A stretch of 64,000 nt of DNA from Octopus vulgaris (lineage: Eukaryota), in the NCBI GenBank assembly GCA_951406725.2, contig OX597820.1:8184001-8248000 (forward strand), in the 5' to 3' direction. The position numbers and the translations under genes were made by a program. The notes beneath the pieces were generated by a model. That model did not search any database and had not been told where the DNA came from. It saw only the letters and a program-made list of their open reading frames with translations. This document shows, in pieces, positions 1-12,279 of the stretch; position 1 is the first letter of the stretch, and each line of letters starts with the position of its first letter.

Positions 1-399
1 GGAAACAGTATTGTAGCATTTGGTGGGGCAAAGCGGGTGGAAGCTTTCCAACCGTCAACTTAATTTGAAGATGATACCAATTTTCTAAGTGACAACATAA
101 AAGGGTCACTGTTGAGCTTTTAGATGTTTTCGCTCAATAAACACACACAACGCCCAGTCTGGGAATCGAAACCGCGATCCTCCGACCGCGAGTCCGCTGC
201 CCTAACCATTGGGCCATTGAGCCTCAACAGTGGTGGTGGTGGTGGTGGTGGTGGTGTTCACAAGAACTGCGATGTCTGAATTTTCGTACAGTGCCTCTTT
301 TTTGTTGTCACTTAGGGAATTGGTATCATCTTCAAATTAAGTTGACGGTTGGAAAGCTTCCACCCGCTTTGCCCCACCAAATGCTACAATACTGTTTCC
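1..399. repeat. Long inverted repeat (arms 1-~112 and ~288-399) with a SINE fragment in the spacer
   Basis: 1-82 is an exact reverse complement of 318-399, then the match continues imperfectly; it may extend beyond the window edge. Confidence 0.85.
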
Positions 400-679
400 T
401 TTTCTTTATTACAATTTGTCCACATCAAATCATTTAAGTGAAAGATCTTTTACATATTTGTCTAAGTTCGTATCTACGTTTTTGGTGTGTGTGTGTGTGT
501 GCATGTCTGTAGAAATGTGTATGTGTGCAGCAGTGTAGATACGTCTATATGTAATCGTGTGAGGATATGTGTATATATGTGCGTGTAGAAATATGTATGT
601 ATTCTGAGAACCTCCAGGATAAGGCACCAGGAAGCTGTGCTGGTCCCATTGAGAACATTTGTTCTCACTTATCCGAATT

Positions 680-1140
680 ACTGCTCTCAACTATGGTGTC
701 TTCAGCTGCTGTGAAAGACTGAAAGAATCACGACTCTGCTCACTAAAGTGATGTGTTGTGATATACATATAGAAGATCGTAGAAGGGCTGATACCAAATT
801 TTGGCACTAAGCCCCCGAACATTGCATTGTTTCAAAGGTCCCAACGATCCCGCCGAGTATAAAGAACCGGTACGGCAAATAGCTTAGGATTCAGAGGTCC
901 ACAGCTATTTAATATCCCCATCTGAGAGATCTACATGGAGTGTGGGTAGATGTTTTCAAGAAGGAACTCGACTTTCTGCTGTCTGAGATCCCAAGGGAAC
1001 CTACATCACGGAAAGGGACTCAAAAGAGAGCAATAATAATATCAAACACTGTCTTGAGAATGGCCATTGAGAAGGTGAGGGTATTTATGAAGCTCCCCCA
1101 TGGTCACAGCCTTTGGGCTGAAGCGAAGGTAATAAGAATG
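680..1140 (+). mobile_element. Decayed CR1-like LINE 3' end
   Basis: Residual translation SLGFRGPQLFN...VDVFKKELDFLLSEIP, typical of the CR1-group ORF2 C-terminus. Confidence 0.5.
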
Positions 1141-1342
1141 TGTCTATGTATGTGTTTGAAAAAAGCATGTATGCCTATGTGTAAAGTGTGTGTGTGTGTG
1201 TGTGCAATATGTATGTGTGTGTATGTGTATTGTGTATGTCGGTGCATATATTTTCTTATGTGTATGTGCAAATATATGCGTGTGTGAGTATAGATGAGTC
1301 AATTTGTGCGCGTAAGTGTGAATATATATATTACGTCGTCTA

Positions 1343-2331
<989 letters not shown>

Positions 2332-3027
2332 TTCGTATGTACTCTGTATGTATGTTTTTATGTCGTAAGTGATGTGTCTATACTTTATGTATTGTACATA
2401 TATTTTTGTGTGTGTATGTATAGAAATGTGTGTAAGAGTGTGTGTATGTGTGAGTGCGTGCGTGTGTATGCCTGTGTGTGTGTACCTCTGTGTGTTTGTG
2501 TGTGTGTGTGTGTGTGTGTTGTATGTCGCATTTCAAGATGGGAAAGGAACAAATGCTTCCTTAGTCTTAATTGATATTTTTAATGGAGATAATATTTCTC
2601 CCTCATCATTGATAATAGAATCCCTTCTGTTTGGCAAATTGCTGATCCCTTAGGCGTAAAATTCTTCAAGATTCAAAGCGAAGAATCACTCAATATCATC
2701 TTAACCTCTTCACCATTAATAATCTGTTTCTTCTCTAAAATGAAGTTGCAATGATCTGAAAAGATGCGAGTCAGATGCAGCAAAGCCAGGAGAGGGAGGA
2801 GGATCGGGCAAAACTGCCGTAATCAGTGTACACCCGGGACATGTGTGTGTGTGCGTGTGTGTGTGTGTGTGTGTGTGCGTGTGTGTGTATGTGCGTGCGT
2901 GCGTGTGAGTGATAGATAAATCTTTATATATATATGTAGTGAGTTCACGAAAAAAAACAAAAGACGAAGACAGGTGGTGTACAAAACAAACAGATGTATT
3001 AGTATAACGCTCGGGAATTGAAAAAGT

Positions 3028-3063
3028 CTTTAACGTTTCGAGTCTACGCTCTTCTACAGAAAG
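3028..3063 (-). ncRNA. Minimal hammerhead motif (CUGUAGA family) in a solo copy (~2935-3125)
   Basis: On -: cttt-CTGTAGA-a-gag-cgtaga-ctc-GAAA-cg-TT-aaag; flanks are homologous to the 61-62 kb array unit. Confidence 0.55.
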
Positions 3064-3584
3064 GGACACAGAAAGAAACAAGGAGAGAAAAAAATGTGTG
3101 TAGTGGCTACCGATCTATCATGGCGACTGCCGGACAGAAGGGTCACACAGGAGAGCGATGAAGTAGGGGAGAAAATAAAATAGTAGTGATCCCAAAATGA
3201 AGGTGCGCGCGTGTGTAAGAGAGTACGTATGTGCGTGTGAAAGAGGGCTGGTAATCTTGACGTGTGTGTGTGTATGTGTAGGTGTGAAAATGTGGGGATG
3301 GGAATTGGTGTGTGGGTGGTGTGTGGGTGGTGGTGTGATGTGTGATGTGATGTGATGTTGTTGGGAGGTGGGGGAGACGAGAGTGGGGAAAGCACGGGAG
3401 GGGTGTGGGTTAGACTGAGGGTTGGGGTAGAGTTGGGGTTTGTGGGTATGCAGAGGGTGGGGGTAGAGGTGGGGTATGTAGGAGAGGGTGTAAGGGATGG
3501 GATGGGGTGAGATATATATATATATATATATATACATGTATACATACACACACACACATATATATAAATGTGTGTATGTGTGTA

Positions 3585-3920
3585 AAGGCGCACGGCTTAG
3601 TGGCTAAGATATTCGGCTCACTATAGTAAAGTCGTGAGTTCGATTCCCGGCGACTTGTTGTGTCCTTGAGTTGTGTCCTTGGGCAAGATACTTTATTTCA
3701 CGTTGCTCCAGTCCACTCAGCTGACAAGAAATAGTTGTACCAGTATTTCAATGAGCAAACCTTGTCGTATTCTTTGTGTCACGTTAAATCTCCCTGAGAA
3801 CTACGTTAAGGGTTCACGTGTCTGTGGAGTGCTCAGCCACTTGCACGTTAATTTCACGAGTGGGCTGTCCAGTTGATCGGATCAGCTAGGACCCTGGTCG
3901 TCGTAACCGACAGAGTGCTA
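3585..3920 (+). mobile_element. tRNA-derived SINE
   Basis: A box ggcttagtgg and B box gttcgattcc; 3' body is shared with 49908-50285. Confidence 0.75.
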
Positions 3921-3999
3921 GTTGTGTTCGAAGGAGGCGAAATGCCTGAAAGTGTCGAAACGGCGACTGAGTAAGAGTAGAAATTATAGCAGCGCTTGC

Positions 4000-5910
4000 T
4001 GTGTCTGATGCAATTCCACAAGCCGAAGTTTTACATCAGAGACACAGGGTGCAAGGAGAGATGCTGTAATGCGAGTGCAGTTCAGCGCCGTAAAATGAAG
4101 CAGAGTCGAGCTGGTGTACATGAGTTGGCATCACGGGGCAGTAAAAACCTCAGGACGTCGAAGCACTGAGTTGATCCAATTGGTGGAATTCAAAAGGTGG
4201 AGTGGGTGTCGAAATGAAAAGGTGGATGGGGGGAAAGGTCCTCAATGGTTGCATCATTGGTAAAAATCGGAGGCCGTCTTCGATGTGATGTCCAAATGGT
4301 GGCAAGCGGGGAAAATTAAGCCCGAGTGAGGCCAGGTCTGTGTGTTTTGGCGAGCGTAATATGGAGTTGCTGCTGGGTCGATTGAATATTGGCGACGAAA
4401 ATTGAGATTCGACTTGGGTAAAACCACAACTTAACGTCTCCAAGGTACAGGGATTGGGAAAAATAATGGAAACACCTTAAAATTTCAAACAAATTTATTT
4501 TAATATGGAGTAGTACCGCCTTTGGCAGTAATTGCAGCTTGAATTCTATGAGGTATGGACTTGTACAAAGTTTGGATTGTTTTCAAAGGAATTTTTGTTC
4601 ATTCTTCAGCTAAAACAGTCTCCAGTTCTTATAGGGATGATGGTGGAGGATATCGACTCCTTACTTGTTTTTCTAAAATGCACCATAAATGTTCAATAAT
4701 ATTGAGATCTTGGGATTGTGGTAGCCAGATAAGATGTTCAACTCCACTAGAATGAGCCTCGTGCCATTCAGTAACAACTTTACCTGTGTGAATTGGTACA
4801 TTATCATCCCGAAAGTTGCGTTTCGCCCCCGGAAACAGTACAGCAACCATATGATGAATTTGATTAGATAAAATGCTTAAATAGTCTTGACTATTAATTC
4901 TGCCATGAAGAGAAGCCATTGAGCCGGCGGATTTCCAAGACGTGGCATCTCAGATCATCACAGATCCTCCTCCATGTTCAACAGTTGGAAGTCTGGGTCA
5001 AATGCTTCTTTTAGCTGTCTCCACACGTATACTCGGCCGGTGGTCAGAAATAAGATAAAGGATGACTCGTCCGAGAAAATAACATTCTTCCACCGCTCTA
5101 GGGACCAATTCTGTAGGTTTTTACTCCACTATAAACGCTTTGCAACGTTTGTTTTTGAAAGTAGTGGTTTTCTGATTGCAGCCCTCCCGTGAAATCCGGC
5201 TTTGTGCAGTTTTTGTGGAAACTGGGTTCTCGAAGTGGTCATTAAGCTCTGCAATAATTTTGGGAGCTGTACTTTAGTGATCCTTTCTAACAATTCGTGT
5301 AAGAGTTTGACGGTCCCTATTTGAAAGTTTTGGTTTTCTTCCGGAGTTTTGTTTCGATGAGATTTTTCCCTCTTTCTCAAAGGCTGTCATCACTTTCAAG
5401 ACAGTACTTCTTGATACACCAAACATTTCGTCTGTTTTCGTTACGCTAGCGCCTGCCGTACGAGCACCAAGTCCGATAGATCTGTCATTTTAATGAAATT
5501 TAATTACCTTTTCCTGATGATATCTGAAAAGAAACAGCAATTTTAGCAAAACACATTAAGCAACACTAAAAATTAATCAAAAAATATAAAAACAAACAAG
5601 TTTTAACGGTTTTATAGGTATTTCAAAATTATGAAGCTAGGGGTTTCCATTATTTTGTCCAACCCCTGTAGAAGGGTTCATCTTGCTGGAGAACGGTAGA
5701 AAGTACCGATTACAATGGTGTCACCGTGAATAGGAAACAAAACGAATTTAGGCGCCAAAAGTTGAACTGTCCAAACAGACCAGAGACACCTGGTGAGGAG
5801 AGGAAACAATGGGGAGGATTCGAAGAGCATCCCTATACTGGTAATTTTAAAAAGAACGTTCCTGAAAGAATTTTGGCATGTGGAGGCAATGAGGCACGTG
5901 GATGAGAGTC
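4000..5910 (-). mobile_element. LINE APE-endonuclease remnant interrupted by the Tc1 element
   Basis: IVIGTFYRSP on the right of the Tc1; FTQV...PIFNRPSSNSIL...LPPFG on the left. Confidence 0.5.
4448..5668 (-). mobile_element. Tc1/mariner DNA transposon with decayed transposase
   Basis: TA flanks at 4446-47 and 5669-70; ~28-bp imperfect TIRs CAGGG...ATAATGGAAAC; frameshifted fragments AIRKPLL, FSDES, DDNVPIH, WLPQSQDLNIIEHLW. Confidence 0.9.
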
Positions 5911-5959
<49 letters not shown>

Positions 5960-6145
5960 TAAATTAGAAAAAACACCTTTTATCAATTCAAAATGAACGA
6001 TTAAATTACACTATCTAGAAAATTACATATATTAGAAATATTAAAATTAAAATAACAATAAAATACCAATGATTAAGTAAATTGCAAAAAAAAATAATAA
6101 AAACGTATATAATTGGTAGAACGTTAGGATTAATATTCCCTCAAA

Positions 6146-6196
<51 letters not shown>

Positions 6197-6198
<2 letters not shown>

Positions 6199-6418
6199 TA
6201 GTATTATAATCTGGTTTCATTCGGGTCTACTCGGACCACATTTTAAAGATGAGGAATTTTTCCCTAGAGGCCATGTCTTTCAATTGAGCAAACTCAAAGT
6301 TGCCATGCAAACTCCCCAGCACTTTTAACATAGGTGTGCAAATTTTCAAGTCAATCCGACCACGTTTACTAACACCTTTTCCTGCACAACTGCTTGTGAG
6401 ACAACGTCCGCCCTTTTC

Positions 6419-6430
<12 letters not shown>
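6197..6430 (-). mobile_element. Degenerate non-autonomous Helitron-like repeat
   Basis: ACTAG terminus next to (TA)n, and a gtgcaaattttcaagtcaatccga motif typical of such repeats. Confidence 0.35.
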
Positions 6431-6471
<41 letters not shown>

Positions 6472-6479
6472 TATTATAA

Positions 6480-6730
6480 GTGTTCAGTAAAAATTTAGAT
6501 TCAGTTGAAATATGGTACTTAAGTTAAAGGCACCAGAATTTGGTATGGTATTATCCATATAAATCAAAATGGGGTGATTCTAATCAAAATAAGAAACAAG
6601 GATATCTAAAGGTAGTGCAGTACGATTGTTTCATGCGACTTCATTTAATTAAACAATGCAAGTATTACATCAGTTTTAAAATGTAGAGCAATCTTCAGTT
6701 GCATATGGAATTTTTAGTTAAATTGAAAAG
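6480..6730 (-). mobile_element. Homolog of the 37.8-38.1 kb element with a hammerhead motif at 6616-6703
   Basis: On -: tgcaa-CTGAAGA-ttgc...gcat-GAAA-caatcg-TA-ctgca; downstream sequence is homologous to 37950-38075. Confidence 0.55.
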
Positions 6731-8145
6731 ATTCATTTTTATACTTATTCCATTTATCAATATCACAAAGAGGGTAGGTATATAGACAGAGAGGTGAATC
6801 TCATCAACAGAAACATGGTAGTAAATGATATTTAATCATGGATACATTTCTTATCACTGAATTTACTTTGTTATTTAGATTTACTATTGGGGGAGGGGGT
6901 TTAATATTATTCTATTAAGTCTAGTGGAGACAGCACCAAGAATCTATCTTTTATCGATAGAGGAAGAGACAGTTTAAGTGGCAAAGCTATAAATTAAGTT
7001 CTCTTTGAAGAACTTCTGGTACAGTTGGATGTATTTCAGCTAAAATTAGTAGGCTAAAGCTGATGGGGTAGGGAGAATAGAAACTTCTAATACTTAACTA
7101 TTTAACAACCATAATCCTACTTGTGATTTGAAATAAATAGGTATCTTTTAGATTTGTTTTTTCAAAGGATTCTAATAATTTTAGTATCTTATACAATATA
7201 GGGATGGAGAGAGAGAGAGAGAGAGGGAGAGAGAGAGAGAGAGAGTGTGTGTGTGTGTGTGTGTGTGTCTTTAAGCTGCATCCGATAGATGGACCTTAGT
7301 TTGGGAGTTCCAGGTCTTTAGGGGAGTATGGAACCAGCTCTTAGCCACTGTTGTTCCCAAGACTACTCTAATTTGGAGTACAGCAATCTACCGAGGAGAA
7401 GGACACTGTGGTGTAAAACCTACAACCCGAGCTCCTCGCTTCCACCGTCTCAGCTTGAAAACAAATTCTCGGCCTAAAGAGCAAGGACAGTATTCTACAC
7501 ACTGCACTCCACCTAAAAACTCTATTGCGCAGGCCAGAAGATGCGTCACTGTTCCCAACCTCCACATGTCTTCTCAAGTCTTGTAGCGATGGAAACAGGG
7601 AGAAAATGGGAGGTGAATGATGTCACTGGAGGTCATAACCCCCAATCCTTCATGCAAACGAACCAAGGGTATGGTTGCCTGATGTTGACCTGGAGATGAC
7701 AAAATCGCTCAGTAGCACCCTGAACGACCAGTCTCCTCTTTTTAAGGCCGACACTGCTTCTCCATACAGAGAGGGGTCTAGAAAAAGCGGCGTAATCAAA
7801 GCTCGTCTCCAATAACCCAGTTGGTAAACCGCCCTCAACAAGTACCTTCTAACGTGGTCAAACAATAACAAAAGCAAAAAGATCCACACCTCTCTCACTA
7901 TGTCTATTTAGGTTCCTAGAACGTCTTGGATGTCTCCACAGACTCTTCGACATGCTCATCCGGCTACGTGGAAATTGCTAGGGCCGGGTCAGGTACAACC
8001 TTTCTGAGTCCTTCCTTATTGGCAACTGTGTGGAGCAGGTCTGTGTCCTCGTGCTGGCCCTTTGAACCATTCTCATCCGAATGATGCTCCAGCAGACAGC
8101 GAAGGCGACATCTACATACAGTTCCGTACTGATAGCAACCACTTC

Positions 8146-8442
8146 GGATCTTTTCACTTTGACCGGCAGATTTTTTAAATGATTTCTTTGTAACTAAACA
8201 CTTTTAAACTTCGTATACTGGTAGAATGTGTTACATAAAACATCTTTTACTCTTGGCTTTCTTGAGAAAATTCTGTAGTTTGTAAGCTATTTGTTGTTTA
8301 ATTTCTTGCATTTCGGCAATTTCAACCAATCAGTGACGTCTATTGAGGTGAATACAATTTCTGCCGTATTTTGTTAACAACACCGCCAGAAAATGTTGTT
8401 GACAAAATACGGCAGAAATTGTCTTCACTACAATAGACGTCA
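8146..8442. mobile_element. Foldback MITE half with an internal 49-bp hairpin; opposite-orientation homolog at 14123-14374
   Basis: Terminus GGATCTTTTCACTTTGACCGGCAG; 8334-8382 is inverted at 8394-8442. Confidence 0.7.
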
Positions 8443-8825
8443 TCCACCACTTCAAGCACTGAGGCGCCTGCAAGTTCACACTGGAGCGCAAGAACCACCC
8501 GTCCTTGGAGTACTTTTCGCAGACAAAAGCTGCTGCCTGGGTTGCCTGCACGGACACAGCCGTGCAGCATGTCACCTCGCTGTCCTCCGGGTAGCAGTCT
8601 CTTTTGAAGTCACCCAAAGGACTATTCTTTCCGACACGAAAGAAAGGAGAAGAAACAACGACACTACAACCAACCTTCATCAGCCTAAGCTTCCCATGCA
8701 GCTTCTGCGCTCTTTCGTGTTTGTCCCAAATCAGACTGGTCGGCCACCGGCACGCTTGCAACAGACGTGAATATCGACTTCCGGTAAGTCTTCGTTCGCG
8801 AAGCTAAACCAAGAAAGAAGAACAT
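8440..8825 (+). mobile_element. RTE-clade LINE 3' end remnant
   Basis: C-terminal Zn-finger-like FPCSFCALSCLSQIRLVGHRHAC, a short 3' UTR and an (AAG)-like tail. Confidence 0.6.
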
Positions 8826-9012
8826 TTATGCCCCAGCATGGCCGCACTCTAATGACTGGCACGAGGAAAAGAACATTATTTCAAGTTAGGGGCAAGTTCA
8901 AAAAGAAGCTCTGCTCGGCCACTTGGAAGAAAGTTCTCGAAGGTAAGTCTTAGACAAAATATTGTTTCGCATTTAGAGCCATGGACGAAACAGAATATAT
9001 TATGTCGGACTA

Positions 9013-9352
9013 TTGAGACCCCCTTCGGTCATGGCTGACCGTGGGATTGCACCGAGAAAGTTACCCTCCGAGGTACAAGTCTGGGCAAGGTTGTTTATGG
9101 AAGACCAACAGTCGCCCATGCATACCGGCCTCCCCTCTCCACGCCACCGATGTTATCCAAGGGAAAGGCAAAGGGGCCGATACAGCCTGGCACCTTTGAC
9201 GTCACAACTCATTTCTACAGCTGAGTGAACTGGAGCAACGTGAAATAAAGTGTCTTGCTCAAGAACACAACACGTAGCCCGGTCCGGGATTCGTACACAC
9301 AACCTCACGATCGTAAGCTCGACGCTCTAACCACTGAGCCATGCGCCTTCAC
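9013..9352 (-). mobile_element. tRNA-derived SINE
   Basis: Head on -: ggcgcatggctcagtggttagagcgtcg..., with A/B boxes. Confidence 0.75.
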
Positions 9353-9360
9353 AACGATTA

Positions 9361-9675
9361 TTCTTTTACGTGTTTCAGTCATTTGACTGCGCCTATGCTG
9401 GAGCACCGCCTTTTGTCGAACAAATCGCCCCACAGGACTTATTCTTTATAGGCCTAGTACTTATTCTATCGATCCCTTTTGCCGAACCGCTAAGTTACGG
9501 GGACGTAAACACACCAACATCGGTTGTCCAGCGACGGTGGGGGAGAACAAATACACACACACACATCTATGTATGTATGTATGTAATTATGTATGTATGT
9601 ATGTATGTATGTATGTGTGTATGTATGTATGTATGTATGTGTGTATGTATGTATGTATGTACGTATGAATGTATG

Positions 9676-9709
<34 letters not shown>

Positions 9710-9731
9710 TGTATGTATGTATGTATGTATG

Positions 9732-9763
<32 letters not shown>

Positions 9764-9883
9764 TGTATGTATGTATGTATGTATGTATGTATGTATGTGT
9801 GTATGTATGTATGTATGTACGTATGAATGTATGTATATATGTATGTATGTATGTATGTATATATGTATGTATGTATGTATGTA

Positions 9884-9918
<35 letters not shown>

Positions 9919-9937
9919 ATGTACGTATGAATGTATG

Positions 9938-10003
<66 letters not shown>

Positions 10004-10049
10004 TGTATGTGTGTGTGTATGTATGTATGTATGTACGTATGAATGTATG

Positions 10050-10083
<34 letters not shown>

Positions 10084-10350
10084 TGTATGTATGTATGTAT
10101 GTATGTATGTATGTATGTATGTATGTGTATGTATGTGTGTGTATGTATGTATGTATGTATGTATGTATGTATGTATGTATGTATGTATGTATACGACGGG
10201 CTTCTTTCGGTTTCCGTCTACCAAATCCACTCACAAGGCTTTGGTCGGCCCAAGCCTATAGCAGAAGACACTTTCCGAAGGTGCCACGCAGTGGGACTGA
10301 ACACGGAACCATGTGGTTGGGAAGTAAGTTTCTTACCACGCAGCTACTCC
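9361..10350 (-). mobile_element. SINE family A with a ~620-bp internal (TATG)n expansion
   Basis: Both halves match 11527-11905; the internal microsatellite spans 9568-10192. Confidence 0.85.
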
Positions 10351-10396
10351 TGATTAAATGTTATTTTTTATTTTATTTTTATGTATGTATATATGC

Positions 10397-10442
<46 letters not shown>

Positions 10443-11172
10443 GCATACGGATACATTAACACACATACATATATTTGCGTGTGTGTATATGCATGCATAC
10501 ATATGTATCTATGTGTGTGTATGCACATGTGTATGTATATATATATGTATGCAGGATTATATATATATATATACACACACACACATACATGTGTGTGTAT
10601 ATGTATGTGTTTATATATATATGTATGTGAGTGTATATAGCTAGTAATGAAAAACTAATTCCCTTTGCCAAAAATATTTCTTTCTAAAAGAAGCCATAAA
10701 CACTACAACCTCTTCTTTATTCTCCTCCTCCTCTTCCTCTTCGTACTTAAACCAATAATCCACATTTAATTATTTATCCTCCTGGAACTTAATTCAAAGT
10801 TTAAATCTGAAAGCCATCACCGCCGGTGTCAACCCACGAAAAGTCAGTATTTTTCTATCAAAACTTCTCGTTTCACATAAAAATTGTTTCATTTCGTCTT
10901 TCATGCTTTTCTTTTTTTTAATTATCTTTTATTTTATAATTTCTCCATCCACCCCAGTCTTTTTGGTAAAGATTTCTGCGATTACTCTTTAAAACTTTGC
11001 AAAGATTTCTTCAGTTTTTCTTCAGATTTCTTCACAACATCCCACGTGTGATGGAATGAAATTCATGAGGAAATACAATAAAGCACCCAAGTGTTATTTC
11101 ACGTCGATGAAGTGTAATTTGGTTTCTTCACTCAGCCCGGAATCGTATCTGCTGAGATGTGTAGCTTTTACC

Positions 11173-11363
11173 GGTACAACTAGCCAACAGTGGTCCCCGC
11201 GCGCGCACTCGCGCATCCGCGCTAGCTAGTCGTAAGTAGTCGATCCTACAACGACTTTTTAATCCTAACCTTAGTTTGTTTATAAAAATAATTTATTTAC
11301 TTAGTTTAAAAAATTATTTAGGATCGACTACTTTCGACTAGCTAGCTGTTCGCTAGTAGTACC
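11173..11363. mobile_element. MITE with GGTAC termini and a 9-bp TSD
   Basis: TSD GCTTTTACC at 11164-72 and 11364-72; TIR GGTACAACTAGCCAACAG / CTGTTCGCTAGTAGTACC. Confidence 0.8.
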
Positions 11364-11526
11364 GCTTTTACCTGGGTTAGGGTTATCGTTGAAGAATTTT
11401 AATCGCACGAATTAACCACACCAGTATTTTATTTTTTTTTTTAAAGTCTGGTCCATATTCTGTCGGTCTTTTTTTTTTTCTTTTGCCGAACCTTATAGTG
11501 TATACCTGCATGTCTTGTGAATGTAT

Positions 11527-11905
11527 AGGCGCAGGAGTGGCTGTGTGGTAAGTAGCTTGTCTACCAACCACATGGTTCCGGGTTCAGTCCCACTGCGTGG
11601 CACCTTGGGCAAGTGTCTTCTACTATAGCCCCGGGCCGACCAATGCCTTTTGAGTGGATTTGGTAGACGGAAACTGAAAAAAGCCTGTCGTATATATGTA
11701 TGTGTGTGTGTTTGTCCCCCTAGCATTGCTTGACAACTGATGCAGGTGTGTTTACGTCCCCGTAACCTAGCGGTTCGGCAGAAGAGACCGATAGAATAAG
11801 TACTGGGCTTACAAAGAATAAGTCCCGGGGTCGATTTGCTCGACTAAAGGCAGTGTTCCAGCATGGCCGCAGTCAAATGACTGAAACAGGTAAAAGAGAA
11901 GAGAG
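11527..11905 (+). mobile_element. SINE family A, full length (other copies ~13795-13960, 21750-22125, 31120-31520, 41260-41422, 46643-47083, 56040-56350)
   Basis: tRNA-like head ggcgcaggagtggctgtgtgg...ggttcagtccc; central microsatellite; tail gtcaaatgactgaaac...aaaga. Confidence 0.88.
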
Positions 11906-12095
11906 AATACGTCGGCATGAAATTCTAACTTTCGACAACACAAGCAACAACGGACAAACATTCACCATTCCATCTCAAACATTAATTAACCCCCACCTCA
12001 CTTTTTATGAACCCCAAATTTAATTCAGTTAAATTTCTTATAAAATACTAATTTCGTTCCTGAATTCTATTCTCTATTTTCAGTAGACATCATTG

Positions 12096-12279
12096 ATGAA
12101 TCAACCTGTCTTTGATAGTTCCAAACTTCTTCTCGTGGGCGATGGTGATTTCTCTTTTACATTGGCCCTCACCAATTATGTGGAACCGTCCAGTATTGTC
12201 ACCAGCAACTTGGAAACTGAAGAATCTATCAAAAGATACAAAAATGCCTGTATTAACATGGAAAAACTGAAAGAAAAAG
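12096..12279 (+). CDS. FDXACB1: FDXACB1 coding exon 1 (MNQPVFDSSKLLLVGDGDFSF...KEKG)
   Basis: Acceptor ttttcag ends 12083, ATG at 12096, donor GT at 12280; phase 1. Confidence 0.9.

Noticed and set aside
7270-8100. Possible gene in a moderately GC-rich stretch
   Set aside because: Only short interrupted ORFs with no recognisable motif or exon chain; probably a decayed retroelement that I cannot classify.
9490-10640. Long YIHT/MYVC ORFs (likewise the YI, HT/CV and poly-S/L/F ORFs elsewhere)
   Set aside because: These are translations of microsatellites.
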